Source: a virus (lineage: Duplodnaviria > Caudoviricetes). From it: DNA of 32,878 nt. The notes beneath the pieces are model-generated. The model worked only from the letters and a program-made list of their open reading frames with translations, did not search any database and was not told where the DNA came from. Below, in pieces: positions 26,112 to 32,878 of this stretch. The translations under genes and the position numbers were made by a program. Position 1 is the first letter of the stretch. Each line of letters opens with the position of its first letter. The DNA lies in IMG/VR virus record IMGVR_UViG_3300032233_001613, positions 1 to 32,878 of that record; one strand, written 5' to 3'.

Positions 26112-26789
26112 ATGAAGCCGTGGAAGGAACTACGGTTGGACATCGCGTCGTATATTGCGGAGGTCCGACACGGGGCGCTGAGCTACGAGCAGCAGACCCG
26201 GCTCTCGATGGCGTGGCCGACGGTCTACCTGTCTGGGAACGCGTCAGGGTGCGGAGAGGATGTCTGGCGAGGTGCGCTTGGGTACACCGCTACTGAATGG
26301 GAAAGCGCGCGTGAGCGGTTTGCTTTAGTGCTTGACAAGGATGGGGTGTGGATGTTATGTTTCCTTCGCGACGAGATTGCGCGGCAGAGGGAGCAGTCTA
26401 AGAAACAGAGCGAGAGGGTATCGAAGCGGTGGAATACCACGGTAAGCCAGCGTATACCGAACGATACCAGCGAATACCCTGCAGTTGCATTAGAATCAAA
26501 GAAAGAATCTAGTCTCTTGTACCTTGAGGCTAACGGCGGGGAGAGGTGGGTTCCGTCTGCGAAGCAGGTTAAGGACTGGCAGGTGGCGCATCCCGGGGTT
26601 GACTTCGATGCAGAGTTTGCCCGGATGCGTGGTTGGTTGGAGGCGAACCCGGAGAGGCGAAAGACTCTACGCGGTCTGCCAAGGTTCGCGAACTTCTGGT
26701 TGTCGCGAGCGGAGTCCAAGACTCCGTTGACCAGAGTCCACTCCGAAATCGGTTCGGTGTGGTCGCTTAATCCCAAGAGGGGAGGCTGA
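26112..26789 (+). CDS. Replication initiator (lambda O-like architecture)
   Basis: GGAGGT SD; N-domain, iteron-encoding linker, C-domain VDFDAEFARMRGWLEANPERRKT...RFANFWLSR; directly upstream of the DnaB gene. Confidence 0.7.
   Translation: MKPWKELRLDIASYIAEVRHGALSYEQQTRLSMAWPTVYLSGNASGCGEDVWRGALGYTATEWESARERFALVLDKDGVWMLCFLRDEIARQREQSKKQSERVSKRWNTTVSQRIPNDTSEYPAVALESKKESSLLYLEANGGERWVPSAKQVKDWQVAHPGVDFDAEFARMRGWLEANPERRKTLRGLPRFANFWLSRAESKTPLTRVHSEIGSVWSLNPKRGG
26432..26520. repeat. Putative replication origin: 10-bp-phased ATACC iterons plus AT-rich tract
   Basis: ATACC at 26434, 26454, 26464, 26474 (AAGCC at 26444), then ATTAGAATCAAAGAAAGAATCTAG. Confidence 0.6.
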
Positions 26790-26790
26790 C

Positions 26791-28038
26791 ATGTCGGGCA
26801 CTTCGCAGCGAGTTTTGGGTTCGCTTCTGCTGGGCTGTGGCGACCCGCTAGTTGTTGACCCAACGGCGCTGGCAACGGGGCTTCAGCGGGCCATCCTTGG
26901 CGTCATGGCGCGATATGGGAACGGGGTGTCGGCAGAGCAGGTGCAGAACGAACTCGCTGGCAAGGAGAACCCGGACCAAATCATGCAGGAGATTGTGTCC
27001 TGTACCGGGACCAGCGTCTCGTTCTCCGAAGGTGGATTCGCTGCTCTGGTCGGACAGTTGCACCGCGAGAAGGCGTCGTCGTCCATCCGACGAGGCGCGC
27101 TAGAAGTGGTCAGGGCGCTGGACGAGGGAGAGACTCCCGAAGGTGTCGCTGCCAAGGTGGCCGCAATCTCGGAGCATACTCACCCGCCTATCGGCAACGA
27201 GGTCGAGAACATCGGCGACAACATGCACGAGTTGTTCTTGAGCAACGACAAGGACGCCTTGCCTCTTGGCATGAACTGTCTCGATGCGCTCAAGGTCGTG
27301 CCGGGGAACCTGACCGTTCTTGCCGCCCGCCCGGGTTTCGGCAAGACCGCCCTGCTTGGAACCTTCACGCTCGCTGCTGCCAACAACGGGTGGCGCGTCC
27401 TGTTCTTCTCTCTGGAGATGCCGGGCAAGCAGATTCGACAGCGACTCCTCGCCGGTAACTCTAGCATCCCGATGTCGAGCATCCTTCATCCGGAGGGGAC
27501 CGAACTGCTGGACAGCGTGCGAACCCTGTCTGAACTCCCTATCGGAGTCCGTGACGCTGTCGCCGGGGACACCCTGACAGTAGAGCGCATAGCTGCCACG
27601 GTTCGCGCATATCGCAAACGCTATCCAGACGACATACTGGCGGTCATGGTGGACTACATCCAGTTGGTCAAGTGCCGGGACAAGTACGACATCAGGCACC
27701 AGATGCTTGGGCATGTCTGCCGTGAACTCAAGGCCACGGCTCTTCGCGAGAAGGTTCCGATGGTGGTGGCCGCACAGATTGGGCGCGGGGTCGAGAACCG
27801 TGGCAAGGAGGCCAAGCCGCAGTTGTCCGACCTGCGGGAGTCGGGGGAGATTGAGAACACCGCAGACCAAGTGGTTCTCGTCCACCGCGAGAGCATCCTG
27901 TCCGACACGGCGCTGCTAGCCGTTGCGAAGTACCGGATGGGCGCACCGTTCGTGGCAGAAGCCCTATTCGATGGACCGTGCTGCGTATTTCGGGATGTCC
28001 ACGCCGGGCGCACGGTCGTCAGGGAGGAGTGGCAATAA
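26791..28038 (+). CDS. dnaB: Replicative DNA helicase, DnaB family
   Basis: AARPGFGKT, FFSLEM, VDYIQLV, AAQIGR, DLRESGEIENTAD, AKYRMG. Confidence 0.93.
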   Translation: MSGTSQRVLGSLLLGCGDPLVVDPTALATGLQRAILGVMARYGNGVSAEQVQNELAGKENPDQIMQEIVSCTGTSVSFSEGGFAALVGQLHREKASSSIRRGALEVVRALDEGETPEGVAAKVAAISEHTHPPIGNEVENIGDNMHELFLSNDKDALPLGMNCLDALKVVPGNLTVLAARPGFGKTALLGTFTLAAANNGWRVLFFSLEMPGKQIRQRLLAGNSSIPMSSILHPEGTELLDSVRTLSELPIGVRDAVAGDTLTVERIAATVRAYRKRYPDDILAVMVDYIQLVKCRDKYDIRHQMLGHVCRELKATALREKVPMVVAAQIGRGVENRGKEAKPQLSDLRESGEIENTADQVVLVHRESILSDTALLAVAKYRMGAPFVAEALFDGPCCVFRDVHAGRTVVREEWQ

Positions 28039-28146
28039 TAAGGCGGACCCCCCCGGCGCGAGACGGGGCTTGCGTCAGCGAGGCGCGAGAGGGGAGCGCC
28101 GTCAGCCGAAGGTCCGCCGACAGAACATACCACATCAAGAAAACAC

Positions 28147-28175
28147 TTGCAATCACGGTTCGTTTGTGGTAAGAT
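28147..28175 (+). promoter_or_regulatory. Promoter P10
   Basis: TTGCAA-17-TAAGAT, TGTGG. Confidence 0.7.
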
Positions 28176-28214
28176 TCACGCATCGGTAGGTTAACCGACA
28201 ACGAGAGGAGCAAC

Positions 28215-28514
28215 ATGCTGCAAGAGAGGATTGCCAGAGCGCAGGCCGCGGTTGATAAGGCGCAGGCCAGACTTGCCGCCCTGCTGGAGCGCAGCAACCG
28301 CCCGCCCGTGGTACACAAGTGTAGGGGATGCGGGTCGGAGATTCAGGTGGTTGGCCGCGGCCGTCCGAAGGTGTGGTGCGAGCCGTGCCGTGACGGAGAG
28401 CCGTACAAGGTCTGGTTCAGGAACAAGTACCGAGAAAAGTGGCGCATGTACCAGCAGAACTATCGTCAGTCCAAGAAAGAACGACTGTCCGAAATGGACG
28501 CAGCAACCAACTAA
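28215..28514 (+). CDS. Zinc-finger protein with GRGRP (AT-hook-like) motif
   Basis: CRGC...GRGRPKVWCEPC; GAGGAG SD. Confidence 0.65.
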   Translation: MLQERIARAQAAVDKAQARLAALLERSNRPPVVHKCRGCGSEIQVVGRGRPKVWCEPCRDGEPYKVWFRNKYREKWRMYQQNYRQSKKERLSEMDAATN

Positions 28515-28532
28515 ACAACCCAAGGAGACACC

Positions 28533-29093
28533 ATGAGCACGAACGATTGGCTTCCCGGTTCGCCCAAGGCTAGCAACGGCAGCGACTACTTCCGACTCAA
28601 GGACTTGAAGGACGCCCCCGGCAAGGCGTGCGACATCCGAATCATGTGCCCGTTCCTGACCGGGTACGAGGGCTGGACGGAGGGCAACAAGCCAGTCCGT
28701 GCGCAGTCTATGGACGGGTTCGACAAGGCCACCAAGTGGCGCGTCGAGAACGGCAAGGAGCAGGGTCCGCGACCGTTCTGGGCCACGGTTGTCTGGAATC
28801 ACAGCGCGCAGAAGTTGCAGGTGTGGTCCTTTACGCAGGCGACCATCCACCGCCAGTTGCGAGACTTGCTGGACAACAAGAAGTGGGGTGCCCTGAACTC
28901 CTATGACATCACCATCACCCGCAAGGGCGACGGCACCAAGACGGAGTATTCGTTGGTACCCAACCCGAAGGAGGCTCTGGAGCCAAGTGTCCAGTCTGAA
29001 TGGGACGCGCTTCAGGAGCGATGGGTCGGCCTCCCTGCTCTGTTCGGCAACGGCCACCCGATGCAGCCGTTCGACGAGGCGATGTTCAACTAG
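28533..29093 (+). CDS. Single-stranded DNA-binding protein (phage gp32/gp2.5-like OB fold)
   Basis: FWATVVWN...YDITITRKGDGTKTEYSLVP and acidic-aromatic tail FDEAMFN; in the replication module. Confidence 0.65.
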   Translation: MSTNDWLPGSPKASNGSDYFRLKDLKDAPGKACDIRIMCPFLTGYEGWTEGNKPVRAQSMDGFDKATKWRVENGKEQGPRPFWATVVWNHSAQKLQVWSFTQATIHRQLRDLLDNKKWGALNSYDITITRKGDGTKTEYSLVPNPKEALEPSVQSEWDALQERWVGLPALFGNGHPMQPFDEAMFN

Positions 29094-29100
29094 GCAGCAC

Positions 29101-29203
29101 GGCCGCCCCACCGGGTGGCACCCGGAACAGCGGGGCGCCTCCCCGGTGGGATACGGCAACCCACGAGTCTTTCGGATAGAGCCTCAAGCCGAAGGGGCCG
29201 GGG
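29101..29203 (+). ncRNA. Structured RNA element, copy 1 (unidentified)
   Basis: Colinear 103-nt repeat of 30043-30145 with compensatory stem changes. Confidence 0.6.
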
Positions 29204-29441
29204 TCAACTTGGCAGGAAACCGCCGCGAGCAGGAAAGGACCGGCCTTGTAAACCGGGCTTTCCGGACGACGCCTTACCAGCGAGCGTACCGCCACTAGCA
29301 CAATAGTGCAGCTAGGCGGGTAGCGGCGGCACACTTAAAGCGGGTGGCGGCTGCGGGCGGAAATGTCGGACACGGCATGGGCACCGACCCGCAGCGGCCC
29401 GCGACTACGAGAAGGCATGACGAGCCTCGGAGGGGGGAGAG

Positions 29442-29966
29442 ATGAAATACGAAGAACTGACTGTGGCGCTAAAGAAGCATCGGCTGTGGTTGGGCGGCGG
29501 TGCGGATGGTGAAAAGATGAGATTGCGCAGAGCTGACCTACCCGGAGCCAACCTGACCGGAGCCATCCTTTGCTGGGCCGACCTGCCCGGAGCCAACCTG
29601 ACCGGTGCCGACCTGAGCGGAGCCAGACTGAGCTGGGCCGACATGACCGGTGCCGACCTGACCGGTGCCGACCTGAGCGGAGCCAACCTGTCCGGAGCCA
29701 GACTGACCGGTGCCAACCTGACCGGAGCCAACCTGTCCGGAGCCAGACTGACCGGTGCCGACCTGAGCTGGGCCGACCTGCCCGGTGCCAGACTGAGCTG
29801 GGCCGACCTGAGCTTGGCCAACCTGAGCCGGGCCGACGTGACCGGAGCCATCCTTTACCGGGCCGACCTGACCGGAGCGTTCTGCTCCGAATGGCAAAGC
29901 AACCCCGTCGGTCTGCCGGATGATTTGCTGGAGCTGCTTGAGGTGCGTGAGGACGACAACGAATAG
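29442..29966 (+). CDS. Pentapeptide-repeat protein
   Basis: Long run of A[DNR]L[TSP][GW] pentapeptides; N-terminal LKKHRLWLGG...G typical of phage members. Confidence 0.9.
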   Translation: MKYEELTVALKKHRLWLGGGADGEKMRLRRADLPGANLTGAILCWADLPGANLTGADLSGARLSWADMTGADLTGADLSGANLSGARLTGANLTGANLSGARLTGADLSWADLPGARLSWADLSLANLSRADVTGAILYRADLTGAFCSEWQSNPVGLPDDLLELLEVREDDNE

Positions 29967-30042
29967 TTCGTGAAAGACGCATAGGTAAGGAAGTATCGTA
30001 CATTTCGTGGCAATCAACCCGCGCAATACCGCTAGGGCGTAC

Positions 30043-30145
30043 AGTCGTCCCGCCGGGTGGCTCCCGGAACAGCGGGGCGACTCCCCGGTGGGATACGGCA
30101 ACCCATGAGCCGACTGGATACAGCCTCATGCCAGTTGGACCGGGG
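30043..30145 (+). ncRNA. Structured RNA element, copy 2 (unidentified)
   Basis: Repeat of 29101-29203; ends just before the SD of the nuclease gene. Confidence 0.6.
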
Positions 30146-30161
30146 ATAGAAAGGGAGAGGG

Positions 30162-30914
30162 ATGAAACTGGACCTGAGTGCTCCGCACACTAAGTACCTG
30201 TCGTCAGACGGAAAAGAACTCACCGGCGTCACCACCTATTTGAGCGTCATCGCCAAGCCCCAGTTGCTCAAGTGGTATGCCACCGAAGAACGCAAGGGCG
30301 TCCTTGAAGCAGTCGAGAAGCACTTCAAGACTGCTGGGCCCTCGACGCTGGTTCTTCCCAAGGGCCCTTTTGCAGAGGCCAAGCGCGACAAGGCCGCTGA
30401 CCTTGGCACCGTGACGCACGCTCTCATTGAGGCGTGGCTCAAGAGCGACCCGCTTGAGCGGGACGGAATCCCAGACGAGGTGTACGACGCTGCGCACCAC
30501 GGACTGAACAGGTTCCTTAACTTCTGGCTCTCCGGTCGCTACAGCATCATCGAGTCAGAGCGGGTCATGGTGTACGAGTCCGTCAACATGGCATTCGGGG
30601 GGACCGTGGACATCATCGCCAGCAAGCCCACGGCAGACGGAGACAAGGTTGTTCTCATTGACATCAAGACCACCAAGCCGTCGCGGTACTGGCCGTACCC
30701 TGAGACATTCGCGCAGGTGGCCGCCTATTCTCATGCGTACTCGAAGATTACCGGGACGCCTGTTGACAGCGCCGTTCTTGTTCGGGTTGGCAAGGAGCCG
30801 GGCGATGAACTAGAGACTGTCGTCGTCACTCCCGAACAACTGATGCAGGGTTGGTGCTTGTTCTATGCAGCGTACCGAATGTACGAGTCCAAGAAGAAAC
30901 TGGAGCGGTCGTGA
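30162..30914 (+). CDS. PD-(D/E)xK exonuclease (RecB/Cas4/lambda-exo-like)
   Basis: GVTTYL, GTVTHALIE, ESE, GTVDII, IDIKT, QVAAY. Confidence 0.85.
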   Translation: MKLDLSAPHTKYLSSDGKELTGVTTYLSVIAKPQLLKWYATEERKGVLEAVEKHFKTAGPSTLVLPKGPFAEAKRDKAADLGTVTHALIEAWLKSDPLERDGIPDEVYDAAHHGLNRFLNFWLSGRYSIIESERVMVYESVNMAFGGTVDIIASKPTADGDKVVLIDIKTTKPSRYWPYPETFAQVAAYSHAYSKITGTPVDSAVLVRVGKEPGDELETVVVTPEQLMQGWCLFYAAYRMYESKKKLERS

Positions 30915-31171
30915 GTCACACCTACGAGTGCTTAGGATGCGGAAAGCAGTTCTTCCAGCCGCGAGGGAACGCAACTATCCCGGTGTGCTTCGAGTGCAAG
31001 AAGAATCCGGACAAGAAGAACCGCGCTGTCTGGAAGCACAGGATGAACCAGATGCAGAAGCGTATTGACGACGAGGCTCAGCGTGATACCAAGAACCTGC
31101 GCAGCGGAGAGGCGTTCACGCCCATTCAGGCGGAGCGCATCATTGAGAAGATGCAGAGGGGTGAATGGTGA
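30911..31171 (+). CDS. Zinc-ribbon protein
   Basis: GTGA coupling; CLGC...CFEC. Confidence 0.65.
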   Translation: MSHTYECLGCGKQFFQPRGNATIPVCFECKKNPDKKNRAVWKHRMNQMQKRIDDEAQRDTKNLRSGEAFTPIQAERIIEKMQRGEW

Positions 31172-31338
31172 CAAAGGAATCTATGACGGTGCGTACTTTC
31201 CTTACGGTAGTGGTTGTGGTAGTGTCGTTCATGCTGCTGCTCCCGCTGGTATTGCTCAAGGCCGTAGAAGGAATCTACTACTGCTATGTCATTGCGAAAG
31301 ACTCCATCGCGCAAGTCTGGGCGCCCCGCAAAGCGTAG
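31165..31338 (+). CDS. Small membrane protein (57 aa)
   Basis: Not in the track; MVTKESMTVRTFLTVVVVVVSFMLLLPLVLLK...; GAGGGG SD. Confidence 0.5.
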   Translation: MVTKESMTVRTFLTVVVVVVSFMLLLPLVLLKAVEGIYYCYVIAKDSIAQVWAPRKA

Positions 31339-31681
31339 GCGAGGATGGGGTAGTGCCGTCAAGACCGCGTACAACGGAGTCGTGTACGCGAGCAAGGCAG
31401 AGGCAACATACGCTGCCCGTCTTGACAGGATGGTCGGAGATGGCGATGTTAAGAGGTGGACGCGGCAGGTCAACTGGCCGCTACGAGTCAACGGCGCGAA
31501 GGTGTGCTCGATGATTCCAGATTTCATGGTTTGGATTCCTGACGGGCGGGACGGCGAGATGATGGAACTCCACGAGGTGAAGGGGTTTGAGACTCCGGTA
31601 TGGAGACTCAAGCGCAAGCTGTTCGCTGCGCTGCACCCCGACATCACCTATGTCGTTATACCCGCAAGAGAACTCGTCTGA
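31286..31681 (+). CDS. DUF1064-like PD-(D/E)xK endonuclease (possible resolvase)
   Basis: NGVVYASKAEA...RQV...IPDF...EVKGFETPVWRLKRKLF. Confidence 0.78.
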   Translation: MSLRKTPSRKSGRPAKRRRGWGSAVKTAYNGVVYASKAEATYAARLDRMVGDGDVKRWTRQVNWPLRVNGAKVCSMIPDFMVWIPDGRDGEMMELHEVKGFETPVWRLKRKLFAALHPDITYVVIPARELV

Positions 31682-31692
31682 CGGGAGGAGCG

Positions 31693-31947
31693 ATGCCCAA
31701 GACAGCTGCATGGCAGCGCAAGGAAGGGAAGAACCCCAAGGGTGGGCTTAACGCCAAGGGACGCGCGTCTGCCAAGGCGCAGGGCATGAACCTAAAGCCG
31801 CCAGCGCCCAATCCGAAGAACGCCAAGGACGCTGCTCGGCGCAAGTCGTTCTGCGCTCGCATGGGCGGTATGCCGGGGCCGATGGTTGACGAGAAGGGCC
31901 GACCTACTCGTAAGGCACTCTCCCTAAAAGCGTGGAAGTGCGAGTAG
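31693..31947 (+). CDS. Conserved basic phage protein (DUF6321-like)
   Basis: AWQRKEGKNPKGGLNAKGRAS...RRKSFCARM...SLKAWKC; GGAGGAG SD. Confidence 0.75.
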   Translation: MPKTAAWQRKEGKNPKGGLNAKGRASAKAQGMNLKPPAPNPKNAKDAARRKSFCARMGGMPGPMVDEKGRPTRKALSLKAWKCE

Positions 31948-31950
31948 CCC

Positions 31951-32289
31951 ATGAACGAGTCCCGGCTTGAGAAGCGGCTGCGGTTCGCGTTCGAGTGTTC
32001 TACGGTAAGGTGGACGAACCCAAAGGCAGAGCAGTTCGCGGCAATCACGGCGGACGCTGGCAAGAAGGTCATCTATCTTCCGCCCGGATACGACGACGAC
32101 TATACGCTGCGAACGCTGTTCCACGAGTTGAGCCATGTCGCAATCCCCGGAGAGTTGGGGGCATTCGGCTCTTTCGAGGAGGACATCCTGTTGCGCGTCA
32201 TCGAGCCGCGCCTGATGAGCCACCTCGTCGAGCGACCCAGAAAGCACGCTTGGTGGCTCCGCAAACTCCGGGAGGTACGGGACAAATGA
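31951..32289 (+). CDS. Small HExxH (zincin-like) protein
   Basis: TLFHELSHV followed by a downstream EE. Confidence 0.65.
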   Translation: MNESRLEKRLRFAFECSTVRWTNPKAEQFAAITADAGKKVIYLPPGYDDDYTLRTLFHELSHVAIPGELGAFGSFEEDILLRVIEPRLMSHLVERPRKHAWWLRKLREVRDK

Positions 32290-32878
32290 AGAAAGCCAAG
32301 GAAGGCTGCAAGCAGGTCGTTGTCGTGTCCGACATCCATTGCGGGTGCAGGCTTGGCTTGTGCCCCAAGGACGGGGTTGCTCTTGACGACGGCGGAATCT
32401 ACATGCCGTCGCGTATTCAGCAGAAGGTATGGGAGATGTGGGAGGAGTTTTGGGGCGAGTGGGTTCCGCACGTCACGAAGGGCGAGCCCTACGATGTCGT
32501 GTTCAACGGAGATGCCATTGACGGGGTCCACCACGGTTCTGTCACGCAGGTAAGCCACAACATCACCGACCAAGTCTCCATCGCACTTGCTTGTCTCCAG
32601 CCTGTTGCTGCCAAGGCAGAGCGATTCTACATGGTGCGCGGCACCGAGGCGCATGTCGGCAAGTCAGCGCAGGCGGAGGAAGGCTTGGCTCGCGCACTTC
32701 ATGCGGTACCTAATGAGGACGGTCAGCACAACCGTTGGGAACTCTGGCTCCGCGTCGGCGGTCACCTCGTCCACTTCCTCCACCATATCGGCACGACGGG
32801 TAGCGCGGCTTACGAGGCAACGGCCGTTCACAAGGAACTGACCGAGAGCTTCGTTGAAGCCGGACGGTTCGGGAAGGA
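32286..32878 (+). CDS. Calcineurin-like metallophosphoesterase, N-terminal part (continues across the join to 316)
   Basis: Not in the ORF track. ATG at 32286 overlaps the previous stop (ATGA). Translates MKKAKEGCKQVVVVSDIHCG...VVFNGDAIDG...MVRGTEAH...HFLHH, giving DxH, GDxxD and GxxxH motifs; frame continues into position 2. Confidence 0.8.
   Translation, partial: MKKAKEGCKQVVVVSDIHCGCRLGLCPKDGVALDDGGIYMPSRIQQKVWEMWEEFWGEWVPHVTKGEPYDVVFNGDAIDGVHHGSVTQVSHNITDQVSIALACLQPVAAKAERFYMVRGTEAHVGKSAQAEEGLARALHAVPNEDGQHNRWELWLRVGGHLVHFLHHIGTTGSAAYEATAVHKELTESFVEAGRFGK
32807..32878. repeat. Terminal direct repeat, copy 2
   Basis: Exact match to 1-72. Confidence 0.95.

Noticed and set aside
29240-29256. 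Possible tRNA-Thr(UGU) gene from the CTTGTAA loop
   Set aside because: No D-arm, no GTTCRA T-arm and no acceptor stem or CCA at the right spacing.
29101-29330. Known riboswitch or ribozyme (SAM-I GGCAACC, purine, c-di-GMP-I, hammerhead)
   Set aside because: Only short sub-motifs match; the diagnostic cores (AUCAAGAG, UUUCUAC junction, GCAAA with GNRA/receptor, CUGANGA/GAAA) are absent by eye. Needs cmscan.
29520-29880. CRISPR array or diversity-generating retroelement repeats
   Set aside because: Repeats are contiguous 15-nt coding units without spacers; no reverse transcriptase or cas operon, and no adenine-specific TR/VR pair was seen.
29970-29999. Promoter upstream of RNA copy 2 (GTGAAA-18-TATCGT)
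   Set aside because: Weak match, lacks the GTGG signature and 17-bp spacing of the other ten promoters.
27100-30129. Long minus-strand ORFs (27100-27885, 28191-29159, 29335-30129, 29538-30101)
   Set aside because: Shadows of dnaB, SSB and the repetitive pentapeptide gene.
30162-30914. cas4 as a sign of a CRISPR system
   Set aside because: Lacks the Fe-S cysteines and any cas context; an ordinary phage PD-(D/E)xK exonuclease.

Overview
The window is an apparently complete ~32.8-kb tailed-phage genome. Bases 1-72 repeat exactly at 32807-32878, and a metallophosphoesterase ORF reads in frame across that join, so the unit is a 32,806-bp circle. There are two divergent arms. The minus strand (21796 to 944) carries a podovirus-like morphogenesis and lysis arm: basic proteins, terminase, portal, scaffold, major capsid, adaptor, nozzle, three putative ejection proteins, a SleB-type endolysin and holin-like peptides. 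The plus strand (22170 through the join to 927) carries an early and replication arm: small ORFs with their own sigma70-like promoters, an initiator with internal iterons, DnaB, SSB, a pentapeptide-repeat protein and nucleases. I recognised no integrase, repressor, DNA polymerase, primase or classical tail fibre. The most unusual features are: (1) a family of early promoters whose -35 box is one arm of a covarying, G-T-wobble inverted repeat that pairs with the start-site region; (2) a duplicated 103-nt covarying structured RNA, next to further ORF-free structured segments; (3) three signal-peptide proteins inside the virion/lysis arm, two rich in D-S/T-x O-glycosylation-like sequons and one resembling a 4-stranded half beta-barrel; (4) a G-[YFMH]-x-x-G-G motif shared by three basic paralogues and a putative ejection protein. 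All functional calls come from reading motifs and gene order by eye; no searches were run.
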